A stretch of 64,000 nucleotides of DNA from an uncultured Flavobacteriaceae bacterium. GTDB taxonomy: Bacteria; Bacteroidota; Bacteroidia; Flavobacteriales; Flavobacteriaceae. The position numbers and the translations under genes are program-made. The stretch spans positions 11,907 through 75,906 of the forward strand of contig CALSUE010000008.1 of assembly GCA_943789455.1 (NCBI GenBank). Reading direction: 5' to 3'. The notes beneath the pieces are model-generated. The model ran no database searches, was not told the origin of the DNA, and saw only the letters and a program-made list of their open reading frames with translations. Position 1 is the stretch's first letter; every line of letters starts with the position of its first letter. Below are positions 1 to 8,485 of this stretch, piece by piece.

Positions 1-448
1 CTCCAAAATTAATAATTTTGCCGCTGTCTTTTAGTTTAGAGACAGCAGCTGCAATCTCATTTGGATGCATTAATGGGCTTGGTCGATGTAATAATAATAA
101 ATCTATATAATCTGTTTGTAAATCTTTTAATGACTTTTCTACACTCCAGATTATATATTCTTTTGAGTAATTGTAATGTTTTATTTTATTGTCTCTTGTC
201 CCTCCATCGTGTTGAATTCCACATTTAGAAATGAGTTGAATTTTTTCTCTCTCTACGTTACTTTTTAAAAAAGCTTTGCCAAACTCATACTCCGTTGTAT
301 ATTCTCCATAAATGTCTGCGTGGTCAAAAGTGGTAATACCTGATTCTAAGGTAATATTTATTTGGGAAATCATTTCTTGAGTAGAAAATTGTCTTCCCCA
401 TGCTCCCCAGGACATGCATCCTGCTATAATTTTTGAATACCTACTCAT
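1..448 (-). CDS. Aldo/keto reductase (YdhF-like), 3' end runs off the window
   Basis: Not in ORF track. Manual translation from ATG at 448: MSRYSKIIAGCMSWGAWG...GITTFDHADIYGEYTTEYEFGKA, with the AKR FDxAxxYG motif. Starts immediately after the SDR stop codon. Confidence 0.9.
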   Translation of the reverse strand, partial: MSRYSKIIAGCMSWGAWGRQFSTQEMISQINITLESGITTFDHADIYGEYTTEYEFGKAFLKSNVEREKIQLISKCGIQHDGGTRDNKIKHYNYSKEYIIWSVEKSLKDLQTDYIDLLLLHRPSPLMHPNEIAAAVSKLKDSGKIINFG

Positions 449-1210
449 TTATTTTTTATTTATCATCGTTGCACTAACTTGAGCAGAAGGATATACAACC
501 AAATCTTCAATATTAATATGATAAGGTCTGGTGATTACAAAATGGATAATTTCGGCAATGTCTTCTGGCTGTAGTGCTTTATATCCCTGATATACTTTTT
601 TTGCTCTTTCTGTATCCCCTTTAAAACGAACATCTGAAAATGCCGTTTCTACAAGCCCAGGATGTATGGCGCTAACACGAATGTTATAGTTGTTTAAGTC
701 CATTCTCATTCCTTTATTAATGGCTTCTACTGCAGACTTAGATGCACAATAAACATTACCGTTAGGATATACTTCTTTTCCTGCTGTTGAGCCAATATTA
801 ACAATAAATCCAGTGTTTCTTTGAATCATTGTTGGCAAGATTGCTCTTGAAACGTATAGCAGCCCTTTTACATTAATATCTAGCATGGCATCCCAATCAT
901 CTGTATCACCATCTTGTATGAAACTTAATCCGTGCGCATTCCCTGCGTTATTTATTAATACATCAATATTTCTAAAATTCTCGGGTAGATTTTCTATAGT
1001 GTTAAAGACATCATTTTTATTTCTAACATCAAATTGGAGTGCAATTACATCGGTTAGTTTCCCTAAAGATTTTTCTAAATTTTGTAATTGCTCCTTGTTT
1101 CTGCCACAAAGAATTAATCTATAATTGTGTTGTGCTAAAAATATTGCAGTTGCTTTTCCTATTCCTGAGGTAGCTCCTGTGATGAACACCGTTAAATTCA
1201 TAAAATTCAT
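449..1210 (-). CDS. SDR oxidoreductase, YdfG-like NADP-dependent 3-hydroxy acid dehydrogenase
   Basis: TGATSGIG, NNAG and YCASK motifs. Alternative start at 1201. Confidence 0.85.
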   Translation of the reverse strand: MNFMNLTVFITGATSGIGKATAIFLAQHNYRLILCGRNKEQLQNLEKSLGKLTDVIALQFDVRNKNDVFNTIENLPENFRNIDVLINNAGNAHGLSFIQDGDTDDWDAMLDINVKGLLYVSRAILPTMIQRNTGFIVNIGSTAGKEVYPNGNVYCASKSAVEAINKGMRMDLNNYNIRVSAIHPGLVETAFSDVRFKGDTERAKKVYQGYKALQPEDIAEIIHFVITRPYHINIEDLVVYPSAQVSATMINKK

Positions 1211-1280
1211 TTTTTTAAAGATAATTGATTTTCATGATATATAACACATGAAAAATGTTATAGTATTTTATAAGACATGA

Positions 1281-1305
1281 AAAAACCGCTCTACCTCTAG
1301 AGCGG
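1281..1305 (-). terminator. Intrinsic terminator of the lipoprotein gene
   Basis: CCGCTCTA-4nt-TAGAGCGG stem followed by a U-tract on the minus strand. Confidence 0.85.
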
Positions 1306-1363
1306 CTTCCCTCTTGTTGATTATAAAGTATAATCAACTAAGAATCAACTAACCAAAACGTTA

Positions 1364-2278
1364 TTATGAATTAAATTTCTTTTTCTTTTTTCTTATAATC
1401 TTAGTACGTTTTCTATCTTTATTATTTATCTCTAATTTGGATTTATCACCATTTCTCAAAAACTGAATAAAGCCTCTTCCTGTAAACTCATATGTTGTTT
1501 GAGAACTAATATGAAATAGATTAACTACTTGGTCATTAACAACAGTTAGTTCAAATTCTTCAAAATCTCCAAACTCATAATTAAGTGTTAGGATTTTTAA
1601 ATTATCAAAACCATCAACGTCAAACACCTCATAACTCCCGGAAAAATCCCATATTAAATTATCAACATTTGTGCCAAACGAATCTTGAGATGAATAAAAT
1701 GTAGTATTATTTTCTTGTGTGAATTGTAAATAATGCTCTTCATCAAATGGGTTTGGAGTGCCTGTTAGACTAATGTCTGTCCTTTCCCAGGCAGTATATT
1801 CTTGCATAAAATACTCTATATTATCATAAAACAACATATCATAATCAAATTCATCTCGTTGATAACCAACAAGTAAGTAACTAACATTTTGTTGTGTGTC
1901 ATAAATTCTAACTTCATTCATAGATAATTGAAGTACATCAAAAATATATCTTCCGTCTAGATCATGAATTGTTTCAAGATAAATTCCAAAACTATCATAA
2001 TTACCTACTGAAATACCAAGACCGTTACCGGTAAAACCAATATCTGCAATATTATTGTTAGCATAAATATTGCCATTATTAAATGACAAAGTAAAGGCCT
2101 TAGAAACAAAAGGGACATCTCCATTTCCCATAGTTTGGTGAATGTCTACGTACCATAAATCATAGCTAGACATCAATTCTCCTAAAGTAATTGAACCTTC
2201 TAAAGGCTCTTCTTGAGAACAAGAACTTAAAAAAACAGTGCTTACTAGGATCGCTAAAAATAGTTTGAAGGTTTTCAT
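1364..2278 (-). CDS. Conserved hypothetical lipoprotein, probably two beta-rich domains
   Basis: Signal peptide with LSSC lipobox, acidic residues after the Cys, acidic body and a basic C-terminal tail. Confidence 0.75.
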   Translation of the reverse strand: MKTFKLFLAILVSTVFLSSCSQEEPLEGSITLGELMSSYDLWYVDIHQTMGNGDVPFVSKAFTLSFNNGNIYANNNIADIGFTGNGLGISVGNYDSFGIYLETIHDLDGRYIFDVLQLSMNEVRIYDTQQNVSYLLVGYQRDEFDYDMLFYDNIEYFMQEYTAWERTDISLTGTPNPFDEEHYLQFTQENNTTFYSSQDSFGTNVDNLIWDFSGSYEVFDVDGFDNLKILTLNYEFGDFEEFELTVVNDQVVNLFHISSQTTYEFTGRGFIQFLRNGDKSKLEINNKDRKRTKIIRKKKKKFNS

Positions 2279-2326
2279 GAGTAATATGTTGTTAGTTATT
2301 CTTAAAATTTATTTCAAATTGTATGC

Positions 2327-2334
2327 CAAAATTA
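2327..2334 (-). promoter_or_regulatory. Bacteroidetes sigma-A -7 box for the lipoprotein gene
   Basis: TAATTTTG matches TAnnTTTG, about 50 nt upstream of the start. Confidence 0.55.
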
Positions 2335-2350
2335 GAAAAAAATAAAAAAA

Positions 2351-2383
2351 TAAAAAAGCGCATCATATAGATGCGCTTTTTTA
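2351..2383 (-). terminator. Terminator of the atp operon
   Basis: TAAAAAAGCGCATC-ATATA-GATGCGCTTTTTTA perfect inverted repeat just after atpG. Confidence 0.9.
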
Positions 2384-2399
2384 TACTGAAATATTGTAT

Positions 2400-3260
2400 T
2401 TAATTTTTCAAGGCTTCTGCTCCTCCAACGATCTCTAAAATTTCATTAGTAATAGCTGCTTGTCTTGCTTTGTTATATGTTAACTTTAATTCGTCACGTA
2501 ATTCCGTAGCGTTATCTGTTGCTTTGTGCATTGCGGTCATTCTAGCCCCATGTTCTGCGGCGAAACTGTCTCTAACAGCCTTATACAATTGGGTCTTTAA
2601 AGACTTAGGAATCAATTCCAAAACAATCTTTTCCTTGGACGGTTCAAAGATATAATCAGCAGATGCATTGGCGTCTCCTTCTACTGGTTTAATAGGCAAG
2701 AATTGCTCTACTTGAGGAATTTGAGTCGCTGCATTTTTAAATCTGTTGTAAATAATTTCTATTTTGTCATAGGTTCCATCTGCATACAACTTCATGATTT
2801 TTTCAGCAACTTCTGCAACGAAATCAAACGTAAGGTTGTCAAAGATGTCATTTCTAGCATCAATGACTGAATATGATTTTGATAAAATATCATTTCCTTT
2901 TTTACCAATAGTCAATAAATCTACATCAACGTCTTGGTAATTGGCTGCAATGTTTTGAGTAGTCTCTTTAATTACAGAAGAATTAAATCCACCACACAAT
3001 CCTCTATTTGAAGTTACAACAACCAATAGTACTTTAGAAACTTCTCTTTGCTTAGAATACGCACCACCAGCATCACTATCTAATGTTGCGCTCAAATTTT
3101 GTAATAGCTCTGTTAGTTTTGAAGAATAAGGGCGCATCGCTGTGATGGCATCTTGTGCCTTTTTTAACTTTGCAGCAGAAACCATTTTCATGGCACTGGT
3201 AATCTGCATCGTAGACCCGATGGACGCTATTCTATTACGTATTTCTTTTAAGTTTGCCAT
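2400..3260 (-). CDS. atpG: ATP synthase F1 gamma subunit
   Basis: ITSAMKMVSAAKL, RGLCGGFN, ARMTAM, RQAAITNEILEI motifs. Confidence 0.99.
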   Translation of the reverse strand: MANLKEIRNRIASIGSTMQITSAMKMVSAAKLKKAQDAITAMRPYSSKLTELLQNLSATLDSDAGGAYSKQREVSKVLLVVVTSNRGLCGGFNSSVIKETTQNIAANYQDVDVDLLTIGKKGNDILSKSYSVIDARNDIFDNLTFDFVAEVAEKIMKLYADGTYDKIEIIYNRFKNAATQIPQVEQFLPIKPVEGDANASADYIFEPSKEKIVLELIPKSLKTQLYKAVRDSFAAEHGARMTAMHKATDNATELRDELKLTYNKARQAAITNEILEIVGGAEALKN

Positions 3261-3285
3261 TTCTAAATCTTTAAGCGTTTAGTAT

Positions 3286-4863
3286 TTAAGCAAATTTTGC
3301 TGTGATTTCTTTTGCTGCACTTTCTAGTGTTGCAATTACTTTGTCTGTTAACTTTCCTGATTTTAAAACCTCTAAAGCGTCTCTATGCTTTGCATTTAAA
3401 TAATCTATGTAATCTCTTTCAAATTCTTTCACTTTCTTTACAGGAACATCCTTTAACAAGTTCTTAGAACCTGCATAAATAATAGCTACTTGATCTTCTA
3501 CTGTGTAAGGATCATTCTGTGCTTGCTTTAAAATTTCAACATTACGTTGTCCTTTAGAAATTACACTCATTGTTGCAGCATCTAAATCTGATCCAAACTT
3601 TGCGAAAGCTTCTAATTCACGAAACTGTGCTTGATCTAATTTTAATGTTCCAGATACTTTTTTCATTGATTTAATCTGAGCATTTCCACCAACACGAGAT
3701 ACAGAAATACCTACATTAATTGCTGGACGAACACCTGAGTTAAATAAATCTCCATCTAAGAAGATTTGGCCATCTGTAATAGAAATTACATTGGTTGGAA
3801 TATAAGCTGATACATCTCCTGCTTGAGTTTCAATGATAGGTAATGCTGTTAAAGAACCCCCACCTTTTACAATTGACTTTAAGGTGTCTGGTAAATCGTT
3901 CATTTCGCTAGCAATCTTATCATCATTGATCACTTTTGCCGCTCTTTCTAATAATCTAGAGTGAAGGTAAAAAACGTCTCCTGGATATGCTTCACGTCCT
4001 GGAGGTCTTCTTAATAATAAAGAAATTTCACGATACGCAACTGCTTGCTTAGATAGATCATCATAAATGATTAGCGCTGGTCTACCAGTATCTCTAAAAT
4101 ATTCTCCAATTGCTGCTCCTGCAAATGGTGCATATACTTGCATTGCTGCAGGATCTGAAGCGTTTGCGGCAACTATTGTTGTGTAAGCTAAAGCGCCTCT
4201 TTCTTCTAACATGTTTGCAATTCCTGCAACAGTAGATGCTTTTTGACCAATAGCCACATAGATACAGTACACTGGCTGTCCTGCATCATAAAATTCTTTT
4301 TGATTTAAGATGGTGTCTAACGCTACAGTAGATTTTCCTGTTTGACGGTCTCCAATGATTAACTCACGCTGACCTCTTCCAACCGGAATCATAGCATCGA
4401 TAGATTTAATCCCTGTTTGTAATGGCTCTGTTACTGGCTCACGATAAATAACCCCTGGAGCTCTTCGCTCTAATGGCATTTCGTATGTCTTACCTTCGAT
4501 AGGCCCTTTACCATCGATTGGATTTCCTAAAGTATCAACAACTCTTCCAACAATTCCTTCACCTGCTCTTAAAGACGCAATTCTTTCAGTACGCTTTACT
4601 GTTGATCCTTCTTTAATAGAAGTTGAAGCTCCTAGTAAAACAACTCCAACATTGTCTTCTTCAAGGTTTAATACAATTCCTTCTAGTCCGTTTTCAAACT
4701 CAACTAATTCACCATATTGAACATTAGATAACCCGTAAACACGAGCAATACCATCTCCAACCTGTAGAACACTTCCTACTTCCGCTAATGATGCATTTGC
4801 GTCAAAATTTGTTAATTGTTGTTTTAAAATTGCTGAAACTTCAGCTGGTTTAATTGCTGCCAT
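3286..4863 (-). CDS. atpA: ATP synthase F1 alpha subunit
   Basis: GDRQTGKS P-loop, [20 protein letters not shown]. Confidence 0.99.
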   Translation of the reverse strand: MAAIKPAEVSAILKQQLTNFDANASLAEVGSVLQVGDGIARVYGLSNVQYGELVEFENGLEGIVLNLEEDNVGVVLLGASTSIKEGSTVKRTERIASLRAGEGIVGRVVDTLGNPIDGKGPIEGKTYEMPLERRAPGVIYREPVTEPLQTGIKSIDAMIPVGRGQRELIIGDRQTGKSTVALDTILNQKEFYDAGQPVYCIYVAIGQKASTVAGIANMLEERGALAYTTIVAANASDPAAMQVYAPFAGAAIGEYFRDTGRPALIIYDDLSKQAVAYREISLLLRRPPGREAYPGDVFYLHSRLLERAAKVINDDKIASEMNDLPDTLKSIVKGGGSLTALPIIETQAGDVSAYIPTNVISITDGQIFLDGDLFNSGVRPAINVGISVSRVGGNAQIKSMKKVSGTLKLDQAQFRELEAFAKFGSDLDAATMSVISKGQRNVEILKQAQNDPYTVEDQVAIIYAGSKNLLKDVPVKKVKEFERDYIDYLNAKHRDALEVLKSGKLTDKVIATLESAAKEITAKFA

Positions 4864-4884
4864 CTTTTAGATTTTGATGTAGAT

Positions 4885-5442
4885 TTAAATTTTTGGAATA
4901 TAATGACTGTTGTCAAATTCCTTTCTTAATTCATTTAAGTGATTAGAGATACTTGCGTCATATTGCACATCTCCAACCCGTAAAATAAACCCCCCTAAAA
5001 TAGATGGATTTACAATATTTTCTAAGCTAGCTTTATTATTAGTTAGTTCAACAATTTTTTCCATTACCTTAGTTTCTAATTCTGTTGTTAATGGAATTGC
5101 TGTAGTAACTTTTGCTACCTGGATACTCTTTGAATAGTCATATATGATTGAATATTGTTTGGCTATAGATAGCAACATACTCATTCGTTTATTTTCTTGT
5201 AACAAATCAAAAATTCCTAAAGAAATAGCATGTATTTTATTAGAAAATATTTTGATTAGAGCATTTTTCTTGTCAGAAGACTTGATTACTGGGCTTTTTA
5301 GCATAATTCCCAAATCAAGATTTTCAGAAATAGTGGATGCAATTAACTGCATATCTGCATGTACTTCTGTCTCAGCCGATTTCTCTTTGGCTAAATTCAA
5401 AATGGCTTTTGCGTAACGTAATGCGGGTCTTGCGTCTTTCAT
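4885..5442 (-). CDS. atpH: ATP synthase F1 delta subunit
   Basis: ALRYAKA N-terminus, ILGGFILRVGD C-terminus, operon position. Confidence 0.97.
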   Translation of the reverse strand: MKDARPALRYAKAILNLAKEKSAETEVHADMQLIASTISENLDLGIMLKSPVIKSSDKKNALIKIFSNKIHAISLGIFDLLQENKRMSMLLSIAKQYSIIYDYSKSIQVAKVTTAIPLTTELETKVMEKIVELTNNKASLENIVNPSILGGFILRVGDVQYDASISNHLNELRKEFDNSHYIPKI

Positions 5443-5446
5443 TCTT

Positions 5447-5947
5447 TTACTTTAAAGTAACTTCTTTTAAAATCCCTTCAACTAATTTTAGTTGATCTTC
5501 TTTGGAAGTTAATTCTTTTTTAATCACTGTTTCTGCTATACCTATAGACAATTCAGCAACTTGCTTTTTTAATTCTGCTAATGCCGCTTGTTTCTCTTGT
5601 TCTATAGATGCTTGTGCGTTTTCAATGAGCTTAGAGGTTACTTCTTTTGCCTCTTCTTTTGCATCAGAAATCATTTTATCTTTAATCTCTCGTGCATCTT
5701 TCATTAATGCATCTCTCTCTGCTCTAGCATCTTTTAATAATTGCTCGTTGCTAGCATTTAAGTTTTGCATTTCTTTTTTAGCATCCTCTGCTGATGCTAA
5801 AGCATTTTTAATTCCGTCTTCTCTTTCATTAACAGAATCAAGTATTGGTTTCCAAGCAAACTTTTTTAATAAAAGAACCAATCCTACAAAAAGAACCAGT
5901 TGCCAGAAAAACAATCCAACAGAAAAATCTCCGATTAATTTATCCAT
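5447..5947 (-). CDS. atpF: ATP synthase F0 subunit b
   Basis: N-terminal TM, KFAWKPIL, long coiled coil. Confidence 0.97.
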   Translation of the reverse strand: MDKLIGDFSVGLFFWQLVLFVGLVLLLKKFAWKPILDSVNEREDGIKNALASAEDAKKEMQNLNASNEQLLKDARAERDALMKDAREIKDKMISDAKEEAKEVTSKLIENAQASIEQEKQAALAELKKQVAELSIGIAETVIKKELTSKEDQLKLVEGILKEVTLK

Positions 5948-5989
5948 AATATCTAATGTATACTGTTTTTAAATATTTTTGTTTAATGT

Positions 5990-6028
5990 GAGTAAAAAGT
6001 CATAGCCAACCGCTATGACGTTTTACTC
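5990..6028 (-). terminator. Internal hairpin / partial terminator between atpE and atpF
   Basis: 17-bp arms with one mismatch (GAGTAAAA.GTCATAGC), 5-nt loop; on the transcribed strand the GC core is followed by UUUUU. Confidence 0.7.
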
Positions 6029-6040
6029 TAAAATGTTAGC

Positions 6041-6241
<201 letters not shown>

Positions 6242-6275
6242 TTAAAATTAAAAAATTCTTTTTGATGATCTCAAC

Positions 6276-7376
6276 TTAATGATGATCGTGTTCTTCTACT
6301 GCCGACCCAAAATAAAGGGCAGACAACATTGTGAAAATATAGGCTTGCAAAGCCGCTACTAATAATTCTAATATTCCTAACACCATGGCCAATAAAAATG
6401 ACAATGACCCGCCCAACCAATTTTGAGCAATAAAAATCATTCCTAAAATACTCATCAATACGATGTGACCTGCGGTAATGTTTGCATACAAACGAATCAT
6501 TAAAGAAAATGGCTTGATAAAAGTTCCTAACAATTCAATTGGCATTAAGATAAATTTCATAGGTGTAGGAACTCCTGGCATCCAAAAAATATGTTTCCAA
6601 TAATCTTTTTTAGCCGTGGCAGTTGTAATGATGTAGGTAATGATTGCCAAACAAAATGTAATGGCTATGTTGTTGGTAACATTTATACCCAAAGGTGTTA
6701 AGCCTAAAAGGTTAATGATCCATATAAAGAAAAACACCGTTAGCAAATAACTCATGTATCTCTTATAATGCTTTTCTCCAATATTTGGTCTAGCGATATC
6801 GTCTCGAATGTAAATCACTAATGGTTCTAATAAACGACCCATTCCTTTAGGCATAGACTCGTTGTTTTTGTAAGCCTTCGCCATACGACTAAACATAAAA
6901 AACATGAGTAAGCCAACCATCATCACTGTAAAGACATTTTTTGTGATAGAAAAGTCTAAGGGCTTACTATTTGTTGCGTGATGATCTGCATCATAGGTTA
7001 TGGTTCCTGCAGCATCTGTTTTATAAATTTTACCGTGATCTAACTTGTAATAATTTTCTCCAGATTTTGCAATGGTTTCACCGTGGTGAAACTTTGAAGA
7101 CATAAAAACGTTTAATCCATTATCCCATAAAATAACCGGCAAAGGAAATCCAAAATAAACATGCTCACCATCATCGCTTGTGTAAGAAAACAAGCTAAAA
7201 TCATGTGAATCTAATAGGTGATGAGGAATGTACTCTTCTACTTCTTTTTCTCTTTGCTCTTTTGTTTTTTCAGTCAAATGAGCTTTTTCTTCTTCTGATT
7301 TATCTATTGCAAAAGATGCAATTGAAAATAAAAAGAATACTAGGGTTAACGCTTTTACTGTTATTTTTCTATGCAT
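6276..7376 (-). CDS. atpB: ATP synthase F0 subunit a with N-terminal signal peptide and extra domain
   Basis: KPFSLMIRLYANITAGH, LQAYIFTMLS. Confidence 0.98.
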   Translation of the reverse strand: MHRKITVKALTLVFFLFSIASFAIDKSEEEKAHLTEKTKEQREKEVEEYIPHHLLDSHDFSLFSYTSDDGEHVYFGFPLPVILWDNGLNVFMSSKFHHGETIAKSGENYYKLDHGKIYKTDAAGTITYDADHHATNSKPLDFSITKNVFTVMMVGLLMFFMFSRMAKAYKNNESMPKGMGRLLEPLVIYIRDDIARPNIGEKHYKRYMSYLLTVFFFIWIINLLGLTPLGINVTNNIAITFCLAIITYIITTATAKKDYWKHIFWMPGVPTPMKFILMPIELLGTFIKPFSLMIRLYANITAGHIVLMSILGMIFIAQNWLGGSLSFLLAMVLGILELLVAALQAYIFTMLSALYFGSAVEEHDHH

Positions 7377-7410
7377 TTCACTCTTAATAATAGTGGCTTA
7401 AAAATCGATG

Positions 7411-7418
7411 CAAATGTA
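7411..7418 (-). promoter_or_regulatory. -7 promoter box for atpB
   Basis: TACATTTG(CA), 35 nt upstream of the atpB start. Confidence 0.7.
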
Positions 7419-7493
7419 AGTCTTTATCCTAAAAAGAAAAACTATTTTAAAATTTATTTTAATAGGGTTTATCTCAGATTCAATAGGGGGCTG

Positions 7494-7880
7494 TTATTCA
7501 ATTTTGTTTAGCCATTTTGATAAACTAAAAATCTCTATTGTATGCGTAAAAAAGTAGGGAATAAAGAAAGTAAAAAATTCTGATTTAGAAATTATTCCAT
7601 CTGCATAAAATGGCCTGTATAATACTAAAAGAAAGAGTCCAAATTTAATAACACTTCCAAATAAAAATATAAACCCTAATTGATTTGTGAATTTATGTCT
7701 TAAAACAAATAACAATAAAAAAATTATGATTGCCGACACTGTATTAATGGTGTAAGAGAGCACAATGTTATCGTTCAGAATAGGGTACTCAAGAAAATTT
7801 AAAACAAACAAATGTCCAATGAAAACAATCGTTGTAATTACAAGCAATCTAATTAAAAAGTTTAAAAGTATGGGGCTCAT
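7494..7880 (-). CDS. AtpI-like four-TM membrane protein
   Basis: About 4 hydrophobic segments; position upstream of atpB. Confidence 0.65.
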   Translation of the reverse strand: MSPILLNFLIRLLVITTIVFIGHLFVLNFLEYPILNDNIVLSYTINTVSAIIIFLLLFVLRHKFTNQLGFIFLFGSVIKFGLFLLVLYRPFYADGIISKSEFFTFFIPYFFTHTIEIFSLSKWLNKIE

Positions 7881-8104
7881 TAAGAATTAATCCTATTCAA
7901 TTGTTTAATTATAAGGTATAAAGAGACTCCAACACCTGCTAGAGTGCTTACAATAGTATAAAATCTATTCCCATCATTATAGGTACCATCTAGCCATTTT
8001 CCTAAAAAAACAAAAAGGTAGATAGTTGCTCCCATTTGAAAAGCAGCGCCAGTGAGAATTAATGCGTTTTTAAGCGGTTTTTTCGGAGAGTTGTTGTTGC
8101 TCAT
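7880..8104 (-). CDS. AtpZ/AtpI family small membrane protein
   Basis: Two TMs with GKWLD loop; overlaps its neighbours. Confidence 0.75.
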   Translation of the reverse strand: MSNNNSPKKPLKNALILTGAAFQMGATIYLFVFLGKWLDGTYNDGNRFYTIVSTLAGVGVSLYLIIKQLNRINS

Positions 8105-8483
8105 TTTGGTTGAGTTCTTTTATTGCGCCTTTCATAGAACAAGATGCATTAAATGTTGCCCCTGGTTCTACAGATAATTTTCCAATAATCACATCTCCTG
8201 AAATGTTTGCTGTTGCTTTGATGGTAAGTGTTTCCTGAACAAATAAATCTCCTGAAAACTTACCTTCAATATCAGAATTTACAGCGTTAATCTTCCCTTT
8301 AACAGAACCTTCTACGCCAATAATTACACGGCCTTTAGTTTTTATATTACCCTCTAAAGTTCCGTCAATTCTGAAGTCTCCCTCAGAAGTAATATTTCCG
8401 ATAATAGCGGTATTTTTTGCAACTACATTTATTTCCATGACCTTCGGTTTTTGTATTTTTTCTTTAGTGCTGAACATAGACAT
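8070..8483 (-). CDS. Bactofilin (polymer-forming cytoskeletal protein)
   Basis: IIGNITSEGDFRIDGTLEGNI ... LSVEPGATFNASCSM beta-helix repeats. Confidence 0.92.
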   Translation of the reverse strand: MSMFSTKEKIQKPKVMEINVVAKNTAIIGNITSEGDFRIDGTLEGNIKTKGRVIIGVEGSVKGKINAVNSDIEGKFSGDLFVQETLTIKATANISGDVIIGKLSVEPGATFNASCSMKGAIKELNQNEQQQLSEKTA

Positions 8484-8485
8484 TT

